Of a stretch of DNA of 64,000 nt, positions 1 through 8,071 are shown piece after piece (position 1 is the first letter of the stretch; every line of letters starts with the position of its first letter). Position numbers and translations under genes: made by a program. A model generated the notes under the pieces. It saw only the letters and a list, made by a program, of their open reading frames with translations. It had not been told where the DNA came from and did no database searches. The DNA is from Bacillota bacterium (lineage in GTDB: Bacteria; Bacillota; Sulfobacillia; Fermentithermobacillales; Fermentithermobacillaceae), in the NCBI GenBank assembly GCA_033810155.1, contig JAPXKJ010000002.1:12252-76251 (forward strand), given 5' to 3'.

Positions 1-820
1 CGAAGGTATCATGGACTACATAAATGAGAATAATTTTAAGAACCTGCTGATGATCCTAAGATCTGCAGGATTTGTAGATTCTTCGATGATCCGCTCTCAG
101 AACGCGATTAACTTTGCCTACATATTGTACTTGACTCTACGCTGCCAAAGAATGAATCCAGCGAAAATTGAATCATTGGTCAGAAAGTGGTTTGTCCTGT
201 CTGTGCTAACCGGTCGATATTCTGGTTCCCCAGAGTCGCAGTTTGACTACGATATTAGGAGAATGAACGAGCAAGGAACTCAGGACTTTATTACCATGAC
301 GATAGATGCTGAACTTTCCGACGCGTTCTGGAATATCGGGTTACCCCAACAAATGAACTCTTCGGTAGCTAGCAGTCCGCATTTTAACGTGTATCTAGCG
401 GCTCAAGTGAAAATGCATGATAAGGGCTTCCTGTCTAAAGACATATTAGTCCATGACCTCATAACGCAAAAAGGAGATGTCCATCACGTTTTTCCTAAGG
501 AATACTTGAAGAGCAATGGGTACGATAGTAGAAGGATGTATAATCAAATCGCCAATTATGTGATCATGCAAAGCGAGATCAACATTGCGATAGGAAAGGC
601 CTCCCCTAGGAAATACTTGGCGGAGATAAAATCCCAATGTGATTCCGGTGTATTGCGCTATGGCGGTATAACCACAGAAGAGGAACTTCTTGAGAATCTG
701 GAGAGCCATTGCATCCCATTGGAATTGATCAACATGGAAGCGGCAGACTATCCCGACTTTCTAGAAAAGCGCCGAAAGCTTATGGCAAAGAAAATCAAGA
801 AATACTTTGAAATGCTGTAA
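1..820 (+). CDS. DUF262/DUF1524-family (GmrSD-like type IV restriction) protein, C-terminal part. The 5' end is cut off by the window edge.
   Basis: The reading frame is open from the first bases of the window. The C-terminal motif GDVHHVFPKEYL...NQIANYVIMQSEINIAIGKASP matches the HNH-like H..P...N...N signature of DUF1524 nuclease domains. Confidence 0.5.
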   Translation, partial: EGIMDYINENNFKNLLMILRSAGFVDSSMIRSQNAINFAYILYLTLRCQRMNPAKIESLVRKWFVLSVLTGRYSGSPESQFDYDIRRMNEQGTQDFITMTIDAELSDAFWNIGLPQQMNSSVASSPHFNVYLAAQVKMHDKGFLSKDILVHDLITQKGDVHHVFPKEYLKSNGYDSRRMYNQIANYVIMQSEINIAIGKASPRKYLAEIKSQCDSGVLRYGGITTEEELLENLESHCIPLELINMEAADYPDFLEKRRKLMAKKIKKYFEML

Positions 821-1021
821 GAGTGCGTGAAACTCGGGCTGAATTTGGTTCTTGACGCTCAGTTTCGTAAAAATCAATTGGTACGAAACTGCACTTTTGA
901 TTCGTCCCACAACCGCGAAACCATGCAAAGCAGGAAGGCCTTTACAGAGTGAAACACGTTCTTTCAAAAGAAAATGATGTGCTATGCAGTATCTTGTTTT
1001 CTTGATGTTCCAAATTCATTG

Positions 1022-1049
1022 TTGACATATGCCCGAAACAATGTATAAT
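1022..1049 (+). promoter_or_regulatory. Near-consensus sigma70-type promoter (TTGACA -35, 16-nt spacer, TATAAT -10) upstream of the DUF5320 gene.
   Basis: TTGACA at 1022-1027 and TATAAT at 1044-1049. GGGAGG ribosome-binding site at 1083-1088 and ATG at 1097. Confidence 0.55.
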
Positions 1050-1071
1050 AACAATCGATAGCGGCATATGT
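1025..1071. promoter_or_regulatory. 9-bp perfect inverted repeat (ACATATGCC ... GGCATATGT) bracketing the -10 element. Candidate operator.
   Basis: Left arm at 1025-1033 and right arm at 1063-1071. The repeat overlaps the promoter of the DUF5320/DUF134 cluster. Confidence 0.35.
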
Positions 1072-1096
1072 CGGAAACTGCAGGGAGGTGTGTATT

Positions 1097-1426
1097 ATGC
1101 CAAGAAGAGATGGAACAGGCCCAATGGGCGAAGGACCAATGACCGGAAGAGGATGCGGTCCATGCGAATGTCATGCCGCCTGGTATGGCGCTGGGCATGG
1201 ACCTGGCTTCGGACATCGGCCAGGCAGGAGGTGCAACTACGCACACGGTTTCGGACCTAGATGTGGCCGGAGGCACGGCTATGCGCGCGGTTGTGCGGAA
1301 AGCACTCCCATGGAGTGGTCTCCTGAGATAGAGAAAGAACTGCTCCAGAAGCAAAGAGATGCCCTCAAAAACAAACTAGACTTCATTGATAAAAGACTAG
1401 AATCTCTGGAAAATCTGCAAGAGTAA
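1097..1426 (+). CDS. DUF5320-family small protein (Gly/Pro/Arg-rich N-terminus, coiled-coil C-terminus).
   Basis: MPRRDGTGPMGEGPMTGRGCG... is the typical DUF5320 N-terminus. The ribosome-binding site favours ATG at 1097 over the ORF-track start at 1088. Confidence 0.6.
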   Translation: MPRRDGTGPMGEGPMTGRGCGPCECHAAWYGAGHGPGFGHRPGRRCNYAHGFGPRCGRRHGYARGCAESTPMEWSPEIEKELLQKQRDALKNKLDFIDKRLESLENLQE

Positions 1427-1443
1427 CATAACAAGAGTAACAT

Positions 1444-1475
1444 AAATAACCAGGTATTCCCTGGTTATTTATGTT
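1444..1475 (+). terminator. Intrinsic-terminator-like hairpin between the DUF5320 and DUF134 genes.
   Basis: AAATAACCAGG tattc CCTGGTTATTT is an 11-bp perfect stem, followed by TTTATGTTG. It is preceded by an exact 14-bp tandem duplication (CAAGAGTAACATAA x2, 1421-1448). Confidence 0.45.
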
Positions 1476-1496
1476 GTCAAGTAAGGTGAGGGATGC

Positions 1497-1853
1497 ATGC
1501 CAAGACCTAAAAAATGTAGAACTGTCTGCTGCCTTCCTGATAGGAAACGGTTTGGACCTCTAGATACTCCTAGAGATGGGATAGAGACGGTCAACATGAC
1601 TGTTGACGAATACGAGGCGATAAGGCTAATCGACCTGGAAGGCCTCACGCAGGAAGAGTGCGCGGATCAAATGAACATTTCCCGCACAACGGTTCAAGGG
1701 ATCTACGATGAAGCAAGAAGAAAACTTGCAGAGTCTCTGGTCCAAGGAAATGTTCTCCAGATAGAGGGCGGTAGGTACGTGCTTTGCGACGGCAAAAGGG
1801 ACTGTTGGAACAAGAGCCATTGCCACAGACGTAGACGAGGCAACGGATTCTAA
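1497..1853 (+). CDS. DUF134 (UPF0251) family predicted DNA-binding protein.
   Basis: MPRPKKCRTVCCLP... is the N-terminus typical of DUF134, with a sigma70-region-4-like helix-turn-helix. Ribosome-binding site AAGGTGAGGG upstream. Confidence 0.6.
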   Translation: MPRPKKCRTVCCLPDRKRFGPLDTPRDGIETVNMTVDEYEAIRLIDLEGLTQEECADQMNISRTTVQGIYDEARRKLAESLVQGNVLQIEGGRYVLCDGKRDCWNKSHCHRRRRGNGF

Positions 1854-1878
1854 GATAACTCTAGAACGGAGGGTTCCA

Positions 1879-2244
1879 ATGAAGATAGCGATACCCGTAG
1901 ATGAAAAGCGCCCTGAATCAAGCGTGTGTTTATCCTTTGGTCGCGCTCCATATTTCCTTTTTTATGACACTACCACAAAAGAAACATACTATCTTGACAA
2001 CAGCGCAATAGAAAACCCGAGTGGGGCGGGCATAAAAGCAGCGCAGAATATTGTGGACCACAGTGCCCAGGCTCTATTGACTCCACGTTGCGGCGAGAAC
2101 GCTCAAGAAGTGTTACTCAGATCAGAAGTCTTGGTGTATCAATCCATACCCGGGACAGTCAAGGAGAACATGGACGCTTTCGAAGCCGGGGAACTTACGC
2201 TTCTTAGCGATTTTGATTCTGGAGCCGGCCGTGATGGGAGATAA
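1879..2244 (+). CDS. Dinitrogenase FeMo-cofactor-binding domain protein (NifX/NafY/NifB-C-like).
   Basis: MKIAIPVDE...FGRAPYFLFYD...GAGIKAAQNIVDHSAQALL matches the PF02579-type pattern. Ribosome-binding site GGAGGG upstream. Confidence 0.6.
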   Translation: MKIAIPVDEKRPESSVCLSFGRAPYFLFYDTTTKETYYLDNSAIENPSGAGIKAAQNIVDHSAQALLTPRCGENAQEVLLRSEVLVYQSIPGTVKENMDAFEAGELTLLSDFDSGAGRDGR

Positions 2245-3063
2245 GAGTGCAAAGATAGCCGTGCTCAGCGGCAAGGGCGGTTCAGGTAAAACTATGGTAT
2301 CCGTGAATCTAGCTTTTTTGAGCGGAGAATCCGTCTACATCGACTGTGATGTGGAAGATCCTAACGGGCATCTCTTTTTTAATCCTGATGGAGTTTCTAA
2401 AGAAGCAGTTATAGTGATGATACCAGTTATGGATGATAGCCTATGCAATGGCTGCCGCAAGTGCATCGATTTCTGCAAATTAGACGCACTTGCCTTCATA
2501 AAAAACAGACCGCATGTTTTTGAGAACATTTGTCATTCCTGCGGTGGATGTGCGCTTCTCTGCCCAGAAAAAGCGATTTGGGAAAAGGATAGGGTGATTG
2601 GAGAGGTTCAGTCAGGGGTTTCCCATGATGTAATCGTCTCTACTGGGATAATGAATATAGGTAAAACTTCGGGCGTGCCGATCGTGAAACACCTTCTAAA
2701 CAAGAACGTTCCAAAAGACCTCCCGGAAGTTCCTGTATCGTCATGGAGAGTATAAGGGACGCTGATTTTTGCATACTAGTTGCCGAACCAACAGTTTTCG
2801 GGGTCCATAACCTCAGCATGGTGTATGATTTGGTCAGGCTGTTCGCGAAACCATACGGAGTTGTATTAAACAAATGTCTTTTCGGGAAGAACCCGGCGGA
2901 AGAATTTTGTATTGAGAAGAACGTTCCCATATTAGGGCGTATACCATTTGATCCTGAACTTGGAGCGCCAAATTCCGATGCCAAAATAGCCGTTAGGGAA
3001 AGCGAGAGGTTTAGAGAATTGTTTGGGTCATTGCTTGAAACCGTGATGAGTGCTCATGGTTAA
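2234..3063 (+). CDS. MinD/ParA-superfamily P-loop ATPase with an inserted 2x[4Fe-4S] ferredoxin domain (COG1149-like). An apparent frameshift near 2719-2722 splits it into two ORFs (2213-2755 and 2743-3063).
   Basis: Walker A motif VLSGKGGSGKT. Two cysteine clusters CNGCRKCIDFC and CHSCGGCALLCP. The downstream frame carries PPGSSCIVMESIRDADFCILVAEPT, which is the expected continuation (PPGxGC..ADxxLIVTEPT) but sits in frame +1. Confidence 0.55.
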
Positions 3064-3205
3064 TAAAAAAGCAGATTACAATCATACTAAGTGCAGCCGC
3101 CATGCCGCTATTCCGTAAAATATTAGTAATAGATTTTCACTTAACGTCTAAAACTGATATATCCACACCAGTTTTGAGTTCTGCGTTGAAATAATCTTAG
3201 TTCAC

Positions 3206-3622
3206 TTAAAATAGATTGCGCAAATAGGTGGGGCCATCATCGCTGATAATCATTTCAGTGTGTCCAAATATCAAATAGTAGGTTTCAACCACAATTGAAA
3301 CATCATCAGCGTACTTAACCAATACACAAACAGGTATGGCTGGAATATGTTTGCTGTAAATACCTGAATTATATCCAATAATATTTTGTTCATCTTCTTC
3401 CGAGATAAACTCACAGTATTCCGTTGGACATATCAAAAAAGGGTTATTCGCCAAGTGTGCTATACTTAAAAGTTCTATTAATAAGCAGAATAATAGCAAG
3501 ATGACAAACATGGTTTTTCGTTTCCACTTTTTAAAAACGAAAATGGGTATTATGGATGCAATTATGACAGCAATGCATGTTTGAATGGCACATACTAATA
3601 AGGAGATAATAGATGAAATCAT
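3206..3622 (-). CDS. Hypothetical small membrane protein encoded in an AT-rich islet.
   Basis: 138-aa ORF with two N-terminal hydrophobic helices. The surrounding 600 bp (3064-3660) is visibly AT-richer than the flanks. Confidence 0.35.
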   Translation of the reverse strand: MISSIISLLVCAIQTCIAVIIASIIPIFVFKKWKRKTMFVILLLFCLLIELLSIAHLANNPFLICPTEYCEFISEEDEQNIIGYNSGIYSKHIPAIPVCVLVKYADDVSIVVETYYLIFGHTEMIISDDGPTYLRNLF

Positions 3623-3836
3623 AAATGCATACCTATGTCACTTAACAGGATCCGTTGATGAATCAAAATTCCAATGGTCGTTTGCCGCTCTTGAAGCATT
3701 TCCGGGGTGGGCTTTGAAGTAAGCATGCCATCACCTCACAAATCAGGTTTTCAAAAGAATATATCAAAAAGCAGCAACAACGCAATGACACATGATAACC
3801 CATAGAAGAAAAATCGTCATTGTGACGGCGCATAAA

Positions 3837-3894
3837 GAAGCAAAAGGTGTGTACGCCAGCTCCCGTTCCCTTTACTTCCCGTCCCCTTTGCTTC
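3837..3894. repeat. Expanded copy of the dispersed GAAGCA...CCGTCCCC..TGCTTC hairpin motif.
   Basis: GAAGCAAAAGGTG-[29 nt]-CCGTCCCCTTTGCTTC, immediately downstream of thrB. Confidence 0.45.
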
Positions 3895-3898
3895 TCAG

Positions 3899-4792
3899 TC
3901 ACTCCACTTGCACAGCACCTGTTTGCGAAACTGTAAGTTCCATAACTTTGCATAGTATTCCGTGCTTCTCAAACGCTTTTTGCATAGCAAATCCTACTTG
4001 AGGGCAACTTCCGCTGCAAAGAGCTATGACTGTGGGCCCAGAACCGCTGAGTGCTACCCCCAATGACCCGGCTTCTTTAGCCGCAGTAAAAACTTGCTGC
4101 ATACCAGGCACCAAATCCATCCTATGTGGTTGGTGCAGCTTATCGCACATAGATTTGCCCATAGTTTCTAGGTCTCCTGATGCAAGAGCTGCAACTAGGA
4201 GCGCTGTGTTACCTAGGTTGAAGACTGCGTCTTTTAAAGAAATTGTTTCAGGTAACACGTTCCGGGCAGCTTCTGTGAGCAAAGTAAAGTCAGGCACTGC
4301 TACCTGAAAGTGCAGGGACTTAGGAGGGTCAAACCGTTTGTAACATGTCGCTTCTTCGCACCTTGCAGCTACAATAAAGCCGCCTACCATAGCGGCCACT
4401 ACGTTATCTGGGTGACCCTCTAAACTAACAGCCATGGATATGAGCTCTTCGCGGTTAAGAGGATTCCCCAAAAGGGCGTTTGCCCCTACTAATCCTCCTG
4501 CTATAGCGGCGGCGCTTGACCCAAGTCCACGAGCCACAGGGATATTGTTTTCTAGAATAATCCGAAAACCGGATGGCTCCAGTCCTACCCGTAAATACAC
4601 TGCCTGCGCGGCCCGATACACAATGTTATCTTCCCGACAAGAAATCTGATCCTTCCCTTCTCCGCGCACCTTTATATCCAACCCTGACATCTCTTCCATG
4701 TAAATGTAGTTGTAAAGATCAAGGGCGACACCTAAAACATCAAACCCGGGACCTAGATTCGCTGATGTAGCAGGAACTTGTATTCGCACCAC
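3899..4792 (-). CDS. thrB: Homoserine kinase.
   Basis: GHMP-kinase signature VPATSANLGPGFD. The 297-aa length fits, and the gene is adjacent to thrC. Confidence 0.85.
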   Translation of the reverse strand: MVRIQVPATSANLGPGFDVLGVALDLYNYIYMEEMSGLDIKVRGEGKDQISCREDNIVYRAAQAVYLRVGLEPSGFRIILENNIPVARGLGSSAAAIAGGLVGANALLGNPLNREELISMAVSLEGHPDNVVAAMVGGFIVAARCEEATCYKRFDPPKSLHFQVAVPDFTLLTEAARNVLPETISLKDAVFNLGNTALLVAALASGDLETMGKSMCDKLHQPHRMDLVPGMQQVFTAAKEAGSLGVALSGSGPTVIALCSGSCPQVGFAMQKAFEKHGILCKVMELTVSQTGAVQVE

Positions 4793-4844
4793 AGTTATTG
4801 CCCCCTCGGTATCTCGAGCATCTCGAGAGATCTCTTACGCTTTA

Positions 4845-5891
4845 TCATAGAAATGCGTTTAGTATGGCTTCCTCATCTGCTGGCAGAGAAATAGGTTCTT
4901 CTACCTGTCTGAGAGCGATATCCGGATCTTTAAGCCCGTGCCCGGTAAGTACGCACACCACAGTGTCTCTTGGGCTAAACAGACCCTTCTTTGCATACTT
5001 GAGTACACCTGCAAGAGATGCAGCCGAAGCAGGCTCGGCAAAAATCCCTTCTTCTTGAGCCAAGAGCCTCTGAGCTGAGAGGATCTCTGCATCGCTAACG
5101 CTATCTATGAAGCCTCCAGAATCTCGCGCGGCTTCTACAGCTGTCTTCCAGCTGGCTGGATTCCCAATCCTTATGGCCGTAGCTACTGTTTCAGGGTTTT
5201 CCACTATACGTCCTTTTACGATGGGAGCAGCGCCTTCAGCTTGAAAACCTATCATTTTGGGAAGTTTGTGGATCTTCCCCATTTCTGCGTATTCTCTAAA
5301 CCCCCGCCAGTATGCCGTTATGTTCCCTGCATTTCCTACAGGGATAGAAAGGTAATCAGGTGGGCAACCTAATGAGTCGCAAACTTCAAAAGCGGCAGTC
5401 TTCTGCCCTTCTATCCGATAAGGGTTAAGTGAATTGACCAAAGTAATTGGATGCTCGGCTGTAATCTTTCGCACAAGTCCCAAGGCAACATCGAAGTTCC
5501 CTTGCACTGCGATTACGTGAGCTCCGTAAAAAAGTGCCTGCGCTAGTTTGCCTAAGGCAATCTTCCCTTCTGGAATCAGGACTAGACATCTCAAACCACA
5601 CTTAGCAGCATAGGCGGCAGCTGAAGCAGATGTATTTCCAGTAGATGCGCACATAATTGCTTTGGAACTGCTTTCTACAGCTTTTGCGACAGCCATGACC
5701 ATGCCCCTGTCTTTGAAGGAACCTGTAGGGTTAAGCCCTTCATACTTGAAGTAAACGTTTGCGCCTATTCTTTTGGATATAGAAGACGAAGGGATGAGCG
5801 GTGTGTTTCCTTCAAAAAGAGTAACTAAAGGGGTATTGTCGGTAACGGGCAAGAACTCTTTGTATGCAGATATTACGCCAGACCAGTTCAA
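4845..5891 (-). CDS. thrC: Threonine synthase.
   Basis: PLP-lysine motif GSFKDRG. The 348-aa length fits. TTG start with AAGGAGG ribosome-binding site 8 nt upstream. Confidence 0.85.
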   Translation of the reverse strand: MNWSGVISAYKEFLPVTDNTPLVTLFEGNTPLIPSSSISKRIGANVYFKYEGLNPTGSFKDRGMVMAVAKAVESSSKAIMCASTGNTSASAAAYAAKCGLRCLVLIPEGKIALGKLAQALFYGAHVIAVQGNFDVALGLVRKITAEHPITLVNSLNPYRIEGQKTAAFEVCDSLGCPPDYLSIPVGNAGNITAYWRGFREYAEMGKIHKLPKMIGFQAEGAAPIVKGRIVENPETVATAIRIGNPASWKTAVEAARDSGGFIDSVSDAEILSAQRLLAQEEGIFAEPASAASLAGVLKYAKKGLFSPRDTVVCVLTGHGLKDPDIALRQVEEPISLPADEEAILNAFL

Positions 5892-6147
5892 TCTTGTTGC
5901 CTCCTTGTGGGTACCACTTGGGTACCTTTTCGTTGCTTCGCTTAGACTTATTGAAACCTAACAGCCTTAAGCCGCGGCTAATCTCCTGATTCACTACTCG
6001 TTTTAGCCATCCCTCGTGCTCAAGCCGTACGCTACATCACCACGCAAGCATCTGCGTATCTGCGTACAAGGTTCTAGAAGAAGGTTGGCTACCGAAAGGT
6101 TTATTCTCCATTTGTCAGCAATTACCTTTAGCATAGACAGAGGTTTG

Positions 6148-6520
6148 ATAGTTCTAGGAAAGTGGCTCACAAGGTGGGCCACTTCTGGTGAACCAAAAAG
6201 GATTCGCTTCTAAAGTGGCTCACTGGATGTACCACTTTGATGAAAGAGATTAGTAGGAATCGATAAAGTGGCTCAGCTGGTAGGCCACTTTATCTGTAGG
6301 AAGACTCGATGCCAAATAAAGTGGTTCACTGTATATGCCAGTTTCCGAGAATTGCACGAATCATTATAGGAAAGTGGCCCACGTGGTGGGCCACTTCTCA
6401 TAAAGCAAAAGATATTCGCTTCTAAAGTGGCTCACTGGATGTACCACTTTGACGAAGGGACCTAGTAGGAATCGATAAAGTGGTTCAGCTGGTAGACCAC
6501 TTTACTGGAACACATCCTCA
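6148..6520. repeat. Cluster of seven REP-like imperfect palindromes (consensus AAAGTGGCTCA-N6-8-GGCCACTTT). The cluster is organised as a duplicated unit of about 230 bp.
   Basis: For example GGAAAGTGGCTCACAAGGTGGGCCACTTCTGG. Elements 1-3 are repeated as elements 5-7 with few changes. Confidence 0.8.
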
Positions 6521-6602
6521 TTTGACGATGATGTTCAGTACTTGGCCACCAAGTAAGAAAGCGGAGCCTCTTAGACAGGAATCCCGTCCCTTTTTCCTCA
6601 AG

Positions 6603-6648
6603 CCGAAGCAAAAGGTGAAGCAAAAAGTGCCGTCCCCGTTGCTTCGGT
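6603..6648. repeat. Copy of the dispersed hairpin motif GAAGCAAAAAGTGCCGTCCCCGTTGCTTCG, with an adjacent partner CCGAAGCAAAAGGT.
   Basis: The same roughly 30-nt element recurs at 12455, 12502, 22600, 38661 and 62296. Confidence 0.7.
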
Positions 6649-6837
6649 TTGAAAAATGATGGCGCCTATCATAGAATGATTCTTGTAGTCTAGTCCTTGG
6701 GCGGTTTCGGTGTTTTTGATACGCATCAAGGTTAGACTGTTCCAGCCAAGGTATGTCTTCGCATCACTGTTGTTTCTGATTGGGCAGCACTTTTTAATGC
6801 GTCAACCTACAATTTCGCTTGAGGAGGAGGAATCTCA

Positions 6838-8022
6838 ATGCAAGCAATACAAGTTAAGCCAGGGATTCATTGGGTCGGAGGCATCGATTGGGATTTGAGG
6901 TATTTTCATGGGTACCTTACGCCGCGGGGTTCTACATATAACTCGTACCTAATAGTAGATGACAAGGTCGTCTTGGTAGATACTGTAAAACACTATTTGG
7001 CCGACGAAATGTTGTCGAGGATTGCGTCTGTCATAGATCCTCAAAAGATCGACTATGTTTTGGTAAACCACGTAGAAATGGATCATTCAGGAAGTGTGCC
7101 TAAAATCATGGAGATAGCTCCTAAAGCTAAGATCATTACCAACGCTAAGTGCAAACGCGGCTTGGAGCGTCATTATAAAAGAGAGTGGGACTACGTCATA
7201 GTAAAGTCTGGAGACGAACTAAGCATTGGTTCCAGAACTCTTAAGTTTGTCGAAACTCCTATGGTTCACTGGCCTGACAACATGGTGACATACGTACCTG
7301 AAGAAAAACTTCTCTTTTCAAACGACGCTTTTGGTCAGCACATAGCAAGCGTAGAAAGATTTGTAGATGAACTTGGCCTGGATGTTGTGCTAGAAAACGC
7401 AGCCTCTTACTACGCAAACATAGTATTTCCCTATGGTGACCAGGTGCTAAAAGCTCTAGAGGTAGTAGAAAGCCTGCCCATAGACATCATTGCACCTAGC
7501 CACGGCCTTATTTGGCGGTCTTCCATACCTGCGATCGTAAAACACTACCGAAAATGGGCCAGCAATCAAGCAGGCGACAAAGCCCTCATAGTGTACGACA
7601 CCATGTGGGGTTCTACAGAAAAGATGGCCCTCGCTTTGAGAGAGGGGTTGGAAGAAAGCGGAGTGCCCGTTACAATGAAGTCCCTTCGAGTCAATCATGT
7701 ATCCCAGGTAATCCCAGAGATCCTTGATTCGGGACTAGTTTTGGTCGGATGTCCTACTCTCAACAATGGGATGCTCCCGTCTGTTGCAGAGTTTCTGACT
7801 TACATGAAAGGATTGCGCCCTAAGAATCGCATAGGATTTGCATTCGGCTCCTACGGCTGGGGCGGTCAAGGTGCTAGGGAGGCGGAGACGATCTTAAAAG
7901 ACATGGGCTGGGATGTTCCTGAATCTTTTGTAAACTTGCAGTATGTTCCTGATGAAAAAGAGTTGGAAAACCTCAAGGATGTCGGCAAAAGGTTGGCTAA
8001 GGTATTGAAGGAGAAAGAATAG
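6838..8022 (+). CDS. Flavodiiron protein (A-type flavoprotein; rubredoxin:O2/NO oxidoreductase-like).
   Basis: N-terminal metallo-beta-lactamase-like domain with the HxExDH diiron motif (VNHVEMDHSG). C-terminal flavodoxin-like domain. 394 aa. Confidence 0.8.
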   Translation: MQAIQVKPGIHWVGGIDWDLRYFHGYLTPRGSTYNSYLIVDDKVVLVDTVKHYLADEMLSRIASVIDPQKIDYVLVNHVEMDHSGSVPKIMEIAPKAKIITNAKCKRGLERHYKREWDYVIVKSGDELSIGSRTLKFVETPMVHWPDNMVTYVPEEKLLFSNDAFGQHIASVERFVDELGLDVVLENAASYYANIVFPYGDQVLKALEVVESLPIDIIAPSHGLIWRSSIPAIVKHYRKWASNQAGDKALIVYDTMWGSTEKMALALREGLEESGVPVTMKSLRVNHVSQVIPEILDSGLVLVGCPTLNNGMLPSVAEFLTYMKGLRPKNRIGFAFGSYGWGGQGAREAETILKDMGWDVPESFVNLQYVPDEKELENLKDVGKRLAKVLKEKE

Positions 8023-8071
8023 GGTTAAGTCCACACTTAGTTTCTAATCTTCTTGAAACGGAGGGCTGAAC

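Noticed and set aside
1016-1354. 112-aa minus-strand ORF overlapping the DUF5320 gene
   Set aside because: It is antisense to a well-supported gene and is the Gly/Pro/Arg-rich mirror frame of GC-rich codons. I consider it spurious.
2213-2233. ORF-track start of the MinD-like gene at 2213 (MILEPAV...)
   Set aside because: The downstream ATG at 2234 (MGDKSAKIAVLSGKGG) has better GGAG spacing and matches the usual short N-terminus before Walker A. The 2213 start overlaps the NifX-like gene.
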